A stretch of 60,313 nt of DNA, the filler included, from Basidiobolus ranarum (taxonomy: Eukaryota), in the NCBI GenBank assembly GCA_040143965.1. It is 10 parts of 10 records of this genome, joined end to end, with 100 filler letters (N's around TTAATTAATTAA, not from the genome) between each part and the next. Parts side by side here need not be neighbours in the genome. Positions count along the whole stretch, not along the records: positions 1 to 5,960 come from JASJQH010008329.1; positions 6,061 to 12,015 come from JASJQH010008330.1; 8 more parts are not named here. One strand, written 5' to 3'. The position numbers and the translations under genes were made by a program. Shown here one piece after another: positions 1 through 11,200 of the stretch. The notes under the pieces were generated by a model. It saw only the letters and a list, made by a program, of their open reading frames with translations. It was not told the DNA's origin and searched no databases. Position 1 is the first letter of the stretch, and each line of letters starts with the position of its first letter.

Positions 1-115
1 ATAGAGATATTCCTATTTAGAATATAGGGGCTATAGATATGTTGCTTTCTGTTTCTGATATATGTATCATAACTAAAGTTAACTATGATGTTGAATAAAG
101 ATTAATTATCCTACA
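1..115 (+). repeat. 3' part of short (~172 bp) LTR-like repeat, family A
   Basis: Near-identical to 6070-6241 (reverse complement) and 6390-6563; contains AATAAA and ends ...attatcctaCA. Confidence 0.75.
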
Positions 116-408
116 GTTATCTTATAATTCACTATGATACTATCCATTATTCTCAATTGGAACTTACTTAGAATATTTTTACCCACTTAGAAGCTCTCAG
201 ATATATAGATTTTTCAAACTTGTGCTAGAAGCCCCAAACTTTGCACACATGTCTCTAAGACCTTCCTTAACACATTCTACATATTGATTTACTTACATCT
301 TGACAAAACTATAAATGCCAACTTTCTACTCAATAAATCAATAAGTGAAAACCACCAATTCCTCTAATTTTCCAAACCACTTCCAACTGTCTCCCAAATA
401 CTTTAACA
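116..408 (+). repeat. Copia LTR family B, 5'-truncated by the family A insertion
   Basis: Aligns with 45000-45316, 51444-51773 and 54000-54290 (rc); shared core ctagaagccccaaactttgcacacatg; ends ctttaaCA. Confidence 0.8.
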
Positions 409-437
409 CTTCTAACAGCCTCCTAAATACTTTAACA

Positions 438-1050
438 GATGCAAATTGGGAAGAGACATAGAATATAAGAGATCTACTACAAGATACTTGTTTCTTTGCT
501 GTAAGGGAGCTATTTTGTGAAATTCAAAGAAATAGCCTATCATTGCACTTTTAATAACGGAAGTAGAATACATGGCTGATTGTGAAGCAACTAGAGCAGC
601 AATATGGTTAAGAAATGCTCAACAGATTTAAGCTATTCTTAAAACTCACCACTACAATATTGCAAGATAATCAAACTTTTATCAAATAAGCTAGAAATCC
701 CTTATTTCATACCAGAATCAAACATATTAGTATTAGATATCATTTCATTGGAGAGACTATAGAGAATAACCTTACTGACTTAATTTATTATTCTACAGAA
801 AACATGATTGCTGATATATTCCCCAAACTATTAGCTAGGCAGAAGTTTGAGAAATTTAGACCTTCCTTAGGATTATGACTATTTAGCTGAGGGAGAGTGT
901 TCAAATTAGGATTGCCTAAGCATCTTTAGCCATATGTAGCTTAGTATCTAGTTATCCTATATTGCTTTAATATTTAATACCAACTTAGTGTTGAAATTAG
1001 TATCGTCTAAACACCTATATATATATATAGCTTAGTATTTAGTTATCCTC
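438..1050 (+). mobile_element. Degenerate Ty1/copia RNase H, polypurine tract and start of 3' LTR
   Basis: Interrupted motifs RSTT.Y, EVEYMA..EATRAAIWLR, KHISIRYHF, MIADIFPK; PPT gagggagag followed by TGTTCAAATT at 898; second LTR start at ~988. Confidence 0.9.
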
Positions 1051-1346
1051 CGTTTGGCACGAATTAGTGATGTAGTCATAAAAGGAAACTTCTTTAATAT
1101 CTATTTAGGCATTCGAGGTTACTCCTAACCCAGTAAAAGCACCCGTATAAACAACGTTGAATATTGCGAGCTAACAGAATAATAATATATGTTTCTAACA
1201 CCAAATTACTAGATAAACTTACGTTGTGAGACGTAAATACCCATTAATTTGTTACAACATATGAAGTTGCTGAACTAGATCCTTGATACCATTCGCCTAT
1301 CAATAAATTTATTAACAATCAACTGAATATCCATTTGAAAATAATC

Positions 1347-1958
1347 ATGAAGCCCCTTGCAAGTGCCCTAGTTTTGTTACCAGCTGTGCTCGTAATGGCC
1401 GAAGAACCAACCTTCTTGAATATGTCCCCTATCATTTCGAAACACGCGAACTCTGTCTGTGATGGTGTAGTTGCAAGGCTCGCAGTCTTTGGTATCCATG
1501 TAAACGCTAAGGCCTGTGTCAATGTTGATCTCATTAAGTTAACCGCACATGTAAATATTCCTTTCGCGATGATTTGTGCTGAGGCCGTTGCCGCCGCCAA
1601 GATTCTGGGAATCAAAGCCGCCGCGAAAGTGTGCGTGGCCACTGGTAGTCATGGCAAAGCTCATGGAAAGAGATATGATGTTTATGTGAGCATTATGTAT
1701 AACAAACCTCCAGGGTACCCTACAGCACCCGAGAAGCCGAATGTCTATATTTTCTTGGCGATGTACTTGCGCATTGGCAACGTCCAATATGCTGGGTACT
1801 TTGACTTGAAGCCAGATGGTTCAATGGTGGTAACTGAAGCTGTACCTACACATACGCCGACCCACGTGGTGACTAAGACTTTGAGCGGTATGACAACACT
1901 ATACTTCAGCACCTCCAATTGGGGGACTTGGAAATGTGGCAGGTCCAACCAACACTAG
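1347..1958 (+). CDS. Secreted protein with two C-x18-C repeats and a dibasic KR site (203 aa from ATG 1347)
   Basis: Hydrophobic signal peptide MKPLASALVLLPAVLVMA; intronless ORF; internal repeat visible. Confidence 0.7.
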   Translation: MKPLASALVLLPAVLVMAEEPTFLNMSPIISKHANSVCDGVVARLAVFGIHVNAKACVNVDLIKLTAHVNIPFAMICAEAVAAAKILGIKAAAKVCVATGSHGKAHGKRYDVYVSIMYNKPPGYPTAPEKPNVYIFLAMYLRIGNVQYAGYFDLKPDGSMVVTEAVPTHTPTHVVTKTLSGMTTLYFSTSNWGTWKCGRSNQH

Positions 1959-2155
1959 CCAGTCGCTCAGTTGTACAGCAAAGCCCACTGCTGCAAGCTT
2001 TAACGTTCAATATGAGCTTCTTCTTATCCCTATAAGTATGTTACTTTAATAAGTCTCTGGGTTGTCAATGTATTCATCTTCTTGATGGTCTTTAATAATA
2101 AATGATATTGTTCTAGAGATCAGATACAATACAGTTTATATATCAATAGAGAAAC

Positions 2156-3019
2156 TCATTTCCGAGGTAAAAACTGTCTGAATTCAAGTTCATTTCCTGT
2201 TGCATCAATCCTCTCCACCTCTTCATCCGTCAGCTTAAACGTATCAAGTTGCAGGAATTCGGTTAATCGATGAGGCTTAGTAGATGTAGTGACTACCATG
2301 TTTCCTTTTTGGACGGACCATCTTAAAAGTACTTGGCTGGCGACTTTGGAATATTTCTTAGCAATCTCATCTACTACGGCATCCACCGGACCCCCTGGTT
2401 TGAATACAATTGGAACTAGCCCACCGTATGCTTCAGTTAAAATCCCATGTTTCTTGGTGTAGGCGATCAGCTCACGTGATTGAAGGTAGGGGTGAAACTC
2501 TATCTGATTGACTACTGGTTTGATACGAGCGCTGGGAAGTAGTACGTCAAGATCTTTAATCTGAAAGTTGGATACACCAATAGCACGAGCTAAGCCCTGG
2601 TCAACAAGATTCTCCATCTCCTTCCAAGCCTCTTCAAGGCTGATCCCGTGGGATTCTTTGTTAAATAAAGGTGAGTGAATAAGGTACAGGTCAATGTAAT
2701 CCAACTTTAGGCGAGCCAAGGATTCCTGAAGACCCTTCTTAGGATTACCGATAGTTGACCTTATTTTGGTTGTAACGAAAAGTTGATCCCTTGGGATTTC
2801 TGACTCCTCAATAGCCAAGCCCACATCTTTTTCAGTTCCATACATTTCTGCCGTATCTAAATGGCGATAACCCATTTTTAGGGCCTCCTTTATGCTTTCC
2901 ACAAGCTTGCGGTTAATAGGTCCATCGTTGCTTCCGGTATACCAGGCAGTTCCAGTACCAAACGCAACTGTCGGAGCAACTACATCGGCTGATAAAGAAG
3001 TTGTAAGTTGGTTAGACAT
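2156..3019 (-). CDS. Aldo/keto reductase (conjugated polyketone / alpha-keto amide reductase-like)
   Basis: FGTGT, GYRHLDTAEMYGTE, LFVTTK, DLYLIHSP, IGVSNF, NQIEFHPY motifs; upstream TATATAA near 3100 on minus strand. Confidence 0.95.
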   Translation of the reverse strand: MSNQLTTSLSADVVAPTVAFGTGTAWYTGSNDGPINRKLVESIKEALKMGYRHLDTAEMYGTEKDVGLAIEESEIPRDQLFVTTKIRSTIGNPKKGLQESLARLKLDYIDLYLIHSPLFNKESHGISLEEAWKEMENLVDQGLARAIGVSNFQIKDLDVLLPSARIKPVVNQIEFHPYLQSRELIAYTKKHGILTEAYGGLVPIVFKPGGPVDAVVDEIAKKYSKVASQVLLRWSVQKGNMVVTTSTKPHRLTEFLQLDTFKLTDEEVERIDATGNELEFRQFLPRK

Positions 3020-3334
3020 TGATTCGATACTGTTGGAGGATGAATACTATAATGAGATGTAACTTAGTCGTTGTTTATTCTGTAATAGCATTGGCCCCTT
3101 ATATAGTTGAGAATGAATGATTGTCTCAGGGGATAATTCAAATAAAGGATAGGAGCTACATATAGGGGTATTTGACTTGCTTCTGAGATAAGTAATGATA
3201 ACAAAGTCATGGCGGAGGAATCAATACATCCAAGCCACATTTACTACTAATATCAGAAAAGTGGATCGCTCCGCATTAAGCCAGTATGAACATTTGGCTC
3301 ACAACATAACGCAAAAAACAAATTTCAACAAGAA

Positions 3335-4285
3335 TTGGAAGCATTCCATATTCAAATCGTAAAATACAAACAGGATCAAGGAAACAATAAGATAAAGGAT
3401 GGCAACTCTCTGACATTAAACATCGAAGAAAAAATTAACGAATTTGAGGTGATGTTGAGAAATCAACAAGCACTTGAAATGGTTAACAAAGAATGCGACA
3501 ACATATATAAATCGTATGAACTCAGTGAGAGACTGAATAGGCAACTCATTACATTAGAAGACCAAAAAAAGGGCAACACTCGGACCAGTGATCAACGTGA
3601 GAAAGAGGAATCTACCGAAACCACGGAAAAGCTGAGAGCAAAATCAAATAAAGCCAAGAATGAGAATGCTCGGTTATATTACCAACTAGTCAGAGTGGAT
3701 AGTCAACCTCCAACATTAGCACTGGATGGACTAGTGTTTTTCTCTGATAAGTTTGCATGTAGAATTCGAATGGCGCTTAGCGACTCTTTTAGGTCGCAAC
3801 TAGCAAAGATTGATGAGCGAGTGATGTATCTATCCGGGTTTATGGTGTATGCCTTTGACAAAACATTTAAAGCAATGTTCCAGCATATCATGAAGACGTT
3901 ACACTGCTTAGGACATGAGGAAAACGATGATACAGAACCAAGCAAGCGCAATCGAATTGACACAAAATTGACTATCATTGCCAACTTCAAGAACTCGTCC
4001 TTGCAAATCAGCATGCGCACGAGAATAGTTCATACTCTACAAAACGTTTTCCAATTTAACCAGCTATCAGGTTGTATTCAAACTCTGAATGACCTTATTG
4101 ATGCAATCTTGCTACTTTCGTTGGTAGAACCACAAATTGATTATGATTTTAAGCCACAAAACGATGCTTCATTCTTATTAAAAGATCTACTTGGCCCCAA
4201 AGCAACAGCACAGCTGCCCATTCTACCTGCTATTTACCAAATCGATTCGTCAGGCACCCAAGACTCACCTCGTATGCGAAGTTGA
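3335..4285 (+). CDS. Hypothetical coiled-coil protein (start uncertain)
   Basis: 316-codon open frame in AT-rich DNA; E/K/N/Q-rich helical N-half; listed start is TTG. Confidence 0.6.
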   Translation: MEAFHIQIVKYKQDQGNNKIKDGNSLTLNIEEKINEFEVMLRNQQALEMVNKECDNIYKSYELSERLNRQLITLEDQKKGNTRTSDQREKEESTETTEKLRAKSNKAKNENARLYYQLVRVDSQPPTLALDGLVFFSDKFACRIRMALSDSFRSQLAKIDERVMYLSGFMVYAFDKTFKAMFQHIMKTLHCLGHEENDDTEPSKRNRIDTKLTIIANFKNSSLQISMRTRIVHTLQNVFQFNQLSGCIQTLNDLIDAILLLSLVEPQIDYDFKPQNDASFLLKDLLGPKATAQLPILPAIYQIDSSGTQDSPRMRS

Positions 4286-5582
4286 GCCATAGATTTTGCC
4301 TCTATAGTTATTGGAATTTGGAAGGTCGCGAATAAATTGATGAAAATAGGGAGCTCTTTGACCCATATAGTACTGGAGATATACGTTAGTCATATTGACT
4401 CACTCGTCCAAAATAGATGATTTCCATCTAACTAAAATTGAATCATAGTCTGGCACATTGCGACTTCATATATCATTTCATGTGTAGTATAGTTCCTAAT
4501 CGGAAAAATGGTAGCAAAATTAGTAGTGCAGTAATTGTCTTATAAATCTGCAATAATCTTAGGGTATTCCTAGCTGTAGGAGGTAGGTCCAGTTAGATAA
4601 ATAAACTAACGCTATTTCCGAACCAAATACCAACTGGCAAAAAATAGAAAAGCAATCTCTTTACTATGACGAAAGGGTTTTATTCCATGTCTCCTGTAGA
4701 GGGTCAAGTGCTAATATTTGAAATAGCATTGTTAGCTTTGTTCGGCTAACGTTAAGCGAATGGAATTATAGTTCAAAAATAATAGCAATGAGTGTTACAG
4801 AAAGGACATTACGATTCGATTTAGCAATATAGTGTAAATGCACCTAAACTGGGTGGGATAATCCCGAATACCCATGGTCATAGAGCTGTAAAATTAATAT
4901 TTTGAATGCATAGATTGACAATCAAATTTGCATTGGCTCTGTTATTTATAACTATATGCTCCCTAACCCTAGGTAATGTGGTCAAGTGTAGCTTGGCATC
5001 TTGGGATTGGCACCATCCCTTTTTAGACCTATCGGGTATACAAGAAGTCACATCCTGATCTTGTATGAAAAGAATCGTAATCTTGGAAAGGTTGAATATT
5101 TTCACTTAGGATTAATTGTTTAAGCGGTTTAAATTATGCGATATATTAATGCTAATCGGATTTCCAAGGCGAATTGAAACGCACTATACATTGTGTCCGC
5201 CGCAATCATCCCCCAAATCGAAACATGAGGTTCAGTTATCTGGATGAGTTGTCGGTGAGACCGATGTATACTGCCGCAGTGTCAGGATTTCTACCACGGT
5301 CTGCGTCAGGCATCGATGCCTATATCAAGGACAAAACTACTCACGATTTTCAGAAATATTTTCTGTTTCAACGTGACTTTCGAGACTTGATTTCTCAAGG
5401 TAAAATTATTCTGATCTTACAAATCCTACATCAACTACGTATTTCTCGGTGGTACTTGAGATTTCGATTTGACTGCTCACCTTCTTATATACCTGTTCTA
5501 TCTCACTTTCTAGCTGGGTTAAATTTATCTTTCCTTATTTTGTCACATATATATAACTCCCCTTTCAATCGGTCCTGTCTCT

Positions 5583-5960
5583 ATGGAGTTAACGAACCCA
5601 CACAGCCCATCTGATCTGAACAATAGACACAGTTTTCTTGACACTGTCCTAGGTTCCTCCACTCCAGATAACGTTGAAACCGATAGCTCACCAGAATCCA
5701 GCTACGATGGTAGTCAAACCTCTGAACATACATGTACGCCCATTACAAGTCAACAGCATATATTTACCGTTTATGATTCAGCTCAAGATTCAACTCGACT
5801 AGCATCAGTCAAAGACAAGATCTACTCTTGTACGTTTTCTGGATGCGATAAAAGCTTCGCTCGAAAATACAATTTAAATGTCCACAGTCGAACTCACTAC
5901 CCAGAACTAGCCCGACCCTTTCAATGTCTCGAGTGTAGCAAAGCCTTCGGTAGAAAACAT
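5583..5960 (+). CDS. C2H2 zinc-finger protein, truncated by contig end
   Basis: YSCTFSGCDKSFARKYNLNVHSRTH then RPFQCLECSKAFGRKH. Confidence 0.9.
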
Positions 5961-6060
5961 NNNNNNNNNNNNNNNNNNNNNNNNNNNNNNNNNNNNNNNN
6001 NNNNTTAATTAATTAANNNNNNNNNNNNNNNNNNNNNNNNNNNNNNNNNNNNNNNNNNNN
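5961..6060. other. Artificial contig spacer. Others at 12016-12115, 18067-18166, 24118-24217, 30158-30257, 36197-36296, 42231-42330, 48264-48363, 54291-54390
   Basis: Identical 100-nt N-TTAATTAATTAA-N blocks; flanking contigs decrease in length from 5960 to 5923 bp. Confidence 0.98.
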
Positions 6061-6069
6061 AAGGGAAGG

Positions 6070-6241
6070 TGTTGGATAATTAATCTTTATTCAACATCAT
6101 AGTTAACTTTAGTTATGATACATATATCAGAAACAGAAAGCAACGTATCTATAGCCCCTATATTCTAAATATGAATATCTCTATATCTATATAACAAGTA
6201 TGTCTTATTACCCCCACTTATCTATTATATCTTATTACACA
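6070..6241 (-). repeat. Solo LTR-like repeat, family A
   Basis: TG...CA termini; reverse complement of 1-115 and 6390-6563. Confidence 0.75.
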
Positions 6242-6389
6242 AAACTCCTGAATATCTCAAACAATTGATTTACTTTTCTACTATATAAGTCACTATATAC
6301 TTTTAAGAATAAACTAACTAAAAACACACTATCATAAGTTGCTTCTAATACTCAAAGTCTACCCCCATTATGTCAAGATCCTCCAACAT

Positions 6390-6563
6390 TGTGTGATAAG
6401 TTATAATAGATAAGCAGGGGTAATAAGACATACTGATTTCATAGATATAGAGATATTCCTATTTAGAATACAGAAGCTATTGATACATTGCTTTCTGTTT
6501 CTTATATATATGTATCATACCTAAAAGTAACTAAGATGTTAAATAAAGATTAATTATCTGACT
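6390..6563 (+). repeat. Solo LTR-like repeat, family A (diverged copy)
   Basis: Starts TGTGTGATAAG; inverted relative to 6070-6241. Confidence 0.7.
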
Positions 6564-8743
6564 TGTTGATTGTAACATGAGGATGTTTAGGCTGACTGTA
6601 TTTTACATAATATTTGAGAAGCAGGAGCTTATTATCCCTGTCAATGGTTACAAAAGTCAACCTTTTGATTAGTGTAGTGCTGTTCTATATCCAGATATCA
6701 AGCAATTTTATTTTATTATTCTGCTGCCAAAGCATTTTGAGATTAAAGAAATGTGTCTTATTAGTCAAATATGTGGACATGTAGAGGCAAAAACAGTAAG
6801 ATTCTAGGACTTCCCAATGGTCATCATAGGTAGAATATACAACCTAAGATGCACTAATAGAGGCGTGCAAATTTGCTTGAAATTACAATATGCCAAACTC
6901 CTGAAAATGCTGCTTTTAAAGAGACTATTGGATATTTAAGTAGTACTGATGCCAGAAAACAGATTTATCAAGTAAGCTACCATATGCAATGTATGCATGA
7001 GTATATTGGCGGAAATTTACCAGGACAAATACACCCATTTCAATTTCCCAGCTTTTGAGAATAAGGATTCAATATGCACTGAGAGCAACATTGTAAATTC
7101 AATTTCTCTATACGCGTAGCTTTCCTACTACATTACTAGTTTGTCATTGACATTCTATTGAGCATAATAGCCAAATGTGACTTCACTTCCGTTTCCAATG
7201 ACATTTAAAGGCTGTCAACAAGCAAAATACACTCTATTATGCTAACAGTATCAAAGCTAAGCCCAAAGCCCAAGTTGTAATAGTTGGTTGCTCGTTCTAG
7301 TAGCTGGATTTCTAATTGTTCCAGCTATGTATAGAAATACACCATATAAAAAACTTATACTCGCAGAGAATTACAAATCTTTCAACATTAAGAAATCTGT
7401 GGGCAGCAATAGGAGCCCAATGTCTTCAATGTGAAATAGTATTCAGTAATGGGTATATTTTTAAGTAAAATTCACTAACCTCCAAATGGAGATGACGAAT
7501 CACAGAGCAAATCAAACTCAGTTGCCTACATTCCCTCAGATTCCCATGAACCAGAAACGTTCCAGAATCCCTATGCTTTATAGTATATGTACGATGGGGA
7601 AGGATACTCTTAGCTTCCATTGCAATGTAAGATCCAGAGTACACTTGACCTGGTGACACGGCAAAGGATGGGCCTTACAAGTATGCTGTATTTACATGCT
7701 TGTATCAAGCACAAGCCAAGTAAGAATAAGGCGTCATTCGCATCCAGAGTTTTCAGAATACTATTATGCCTATGTCTGTATGTACGACTATTTAATGAAT
7801 TTCTAGTATCACATCTCTCCCCCGATGTGGCACTGGCAGCAACGAAACGTACTCTACAGCGAGTGCAGCATTGCTTCGTGCACATACGTCAGAGGAGCAT
7901 CTTGTTGCTGAGACCAATTGGTAATTTCGCAAGCCGTTGGTGTAGAGGAGTTCATTTGTACATAGAGTGAAGAGGTGCATGTAATGTAAATTACTGTAGT
8001 TGGTTTCTAGCTAGTAATCCAATGGCATCAGTGGAAAGACTAACACGCCATTGGATTAAGGATCAGCTTATTTATGTCACGGGATAATTCAGGTGAAATA
8101 CTTGAATTCCGCCTTTTCGAAGACAATTTCAGCCTACATCACAGACCTTTAATAGACCACCAATCACGGCTCTGGCCTCAATGCGTGACTGCCGTATGCT
8201 CGGCCACACATAAATCGTACGTATCAACTCCACCTCATGCAACTACGGATGCTCTTTCGCCATTCTGGTCTGCCGCTTGGTCAAAAGGTGCAATCCAGCA
8301 TGTCGTAGAATCGAATTGAAACGACTAACCTGCCACTCCTATATCAGGCATACAGTGACTAAGATGGATTTACTCTTGGTGCATAACCGCCATCATTTGC
8401 ATTACGTGCATTGATTGAAATAGTCAAAAATCGACTCTCAAATCAATCTATCTGGGTGGTTTCATTTACTAAATCAAATACCAAATGGAGAAACCAGCTA
8501 TTTATTATTGTCAAAAGTAAACCAAGTTAAAAGTCCCCAGCCAAAACAGCCAGTTCTGGTTCAATTTGCCACAGACTAGGACTAGTCTAGGATATTCAAC
8601 CGAGTCCAGAAAACATGTCAATCGTTACTCCATATCCATAGCCACCCTAAACTATTACGCTCTCTAAACCACTCCCTTTGGTCATTCTTGATTAATTACA
8701 ATTGATATACTTGATTTTGTTACATTGCCACTTTCACTTCCCT

Positions 8744-9844
8744 ATGAACTTTGGGGATCATCCGCCCGAGTCACTTGTTGGGGACCCTTCGTTGACGGGT
8801 GCCGCGGGGCACTATTTTGATTTGCGTACGGGAGATTTGGTGGATACACACTTGCATTTACGCCAGTGTTTAGATGATTTCCAGGAAGCAACATTATCAC
8901 AGCTCGCTGTGGAATTTCGGGCCTTGCACGACCACCTAGACATAGTGGAGGATAAACTGGAAACAGTTCGAATAATGTCACCTGCCAACGTCTTGCACGC
9001 TAAATTGTCTACAATTGAAACCAAATTAAATGACCTTTTGAAGAACATTCAAATCTCTCCAGTCAGTAGTAAACAAACGAACGAAACACTAACACAAACT
9101 CCCACTAGGCAGCACTTGGCTGATAACTTGCCAAACTTTCAAACTGGACCTATTACTGAGACAAATACCCAAGCACCTCTTACACCAGGTATTTACTTTC
9201 TGTTCCATTTTCACACTTTTATGTCGGACCATAATGTTTAACTGGTTGGGATTCCTATAGTAGCGCAGCTTCCTTCTGAAGAGAATGCTAAAGTCAAGGT
9301 ACTCTTGAGACAATTTGCTGCCAATGCAATGAGTAGTATTGAAAAAAATGCCTTTTCCTTTACCAATGTCAATAATCATGTTGGAGGTATGCTCCTAAAT
9401 GGCTTATATATATTATTATTAGTATCTTGTTTATACGTTTAGAGGGAGTATTGAAAAGCCATTTATTTGATTTTCTGGATGATTAAAAAGGCATATCTCT
9501 AACTCTTGTGCCCTCTACGTTTCGTCTTTATTTAAACATCTCTTAGCTGTATCTGCAATGAAACGATCTGGTATTTATGATTCACCAGCTTGGGATAATT
9601 TTGTTCAACTTCATTTTCCCCACGTTCTTAAAAGTGACCTAAGGGATGAATTAATCAAAATTGTAAGCGTCAAAGTCAAAAACACGAAAGCACGATACAA
9701 AAAGGTATTATCTATATCGATTGAAGTATGCCACATACCAATCTACTTACAATCTCCACTCATTTTCTGTTCTAGCGGCTATTAACCTCGAGAAGCCCCA
9801 GTGAACTACCTGCGTCTGAATCTCCATCTGGCCTTGATTCTTAA
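8744..9844 (+). CDS. Multi-exon hypothetical coiled-coil gene or pseudogene
   Basis: Exon 1 MNFGDHPPES...LTP with heptad-like segment; GT-AG introns near 9189-9260 and 9706-9775; middle exon frame is problematic. Confidence 0.45.
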
Positions 9845-9999
9845 TTGCAAACTTAGCAGTAAGATAGGAACGAATATGGCAAAGCGTATGATCCTTTAGT
9901 GACTGAATTTAGTGAGCTACTACTACTACTACTTAGCTACTTGGCCATCCATCAACGGTAGCATTCTAGTAGTTTTCGATTAGTTCTCTGTATTTCAAG

Positions 10000-11200
10000 C
10001 GGCCATTATTCATTAATTTCTTTAACTCGCCAACGAAAAGGACTATCAAGTTTATTCATTGATATTTATAGTGTTATTATATCTCTATCACCAAAGTCTT
10101 GTTTGTTATCAGGACATTGACTTTGGATCTTTTGGCATTGTTGTAGGTGCTACTTACATGTATTCCAATACTCCCAAGAACTTTTTTCGGAGAAAGCAAA
10201 TCAAGTTTCTTTTAAATGTGCCAAAGTAGAGTCCAACTCTCTAACTCAAAGAATTGGACTTTTTAAAAACATAACCTATTATTTCATGTGAATGTTAACG
10301 GTCCATATGATGTATGCACCTCTACTGAGCCCTTCAAGAATCCAATAGATTCCATTTACTCCTATATGCACCTTTGGTGTCTGTACCCAAGTCCCATGGA
10401 AATAAATGGTATATAAGGAATGTCTCGAGTAACTGCACTCAAGTACATTTATCACTAGACCCTCTGACTAGACTACTTACGCACAGAGTATTTGACGATG
10501 CATGATCAGCAATTAGGACCATGGGCCTTTCGGAAGGAGATTTTTCCATCAACATTTGGTCAAGTAGCGGAGTTTAGAATTTTATGGCAACTTGGATTCA
10601 AGATAGCCCAACTTCTCTGGACTATGCGATATTGATGGAATAGTAAGCAACTTTCTAGCTTGATGATTAGCGCATATTTATTATTGGAAACTTTCGGAAA
10701 TTGGATAATAATCGATTTACCTGTTTCATGGTCAATTGAAGTAAATCTCGCTACCATTTTTCATTGAATAACTACCCTTTTACCAATAAATTGGTATATA
10801 CACTCCACTCGAAAGTCAGCTATTGTACTATAATTCAGAGAGTACTGACAAGCGTTGAGGGCCAAGAGAAGGAAAGAAACCATTCATCGTAATGTCTGAG
10901 AGACAATGAATCAATTTAGAGGTTTGCATTAACGGCAAAAACGAGGTAGGCACTTTACAACGAATGAGGATCTATTGTTCTTCAGGAAGAATATTTAAGC
11001 GAAGGCAGTCTTGATTCTCATAGTATCCCATACCACTCGAGGAATAACCAACCAATCTAGCCCTCCAGAATCACTACTTTATTTGTCAACAGCTCGTTTG
11101 ATCTGAATTCATTCCACATGTGACCATTGGTCAATATTCTGGGATATATATCTGATTTGCTCGTTCATGGTAGAATTTTCACGCATCCTCAGTTATAAAT
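10000..11200 (-). mobile_element. Possible decayed CACTA/EnSpm-like transposase C-terminal part
   Basis: Broken frames KLIHCLSDITMNGFFPSLGP, FRVE.IYQFIGK..SMKN and IIGYVF...LYFG loosely resemble the H.L.H...GP...F..ER block. Confidence 0.3.

Noticed and set aside
6570-8320. Short ORFs here and at 12.5-13.7, 17.7-19.3, 43.9-44.8 and 46.7-48.2 kb
   Set aside because: Possibly decayed coding or repeat DNA, but I could not support any recognisable motif
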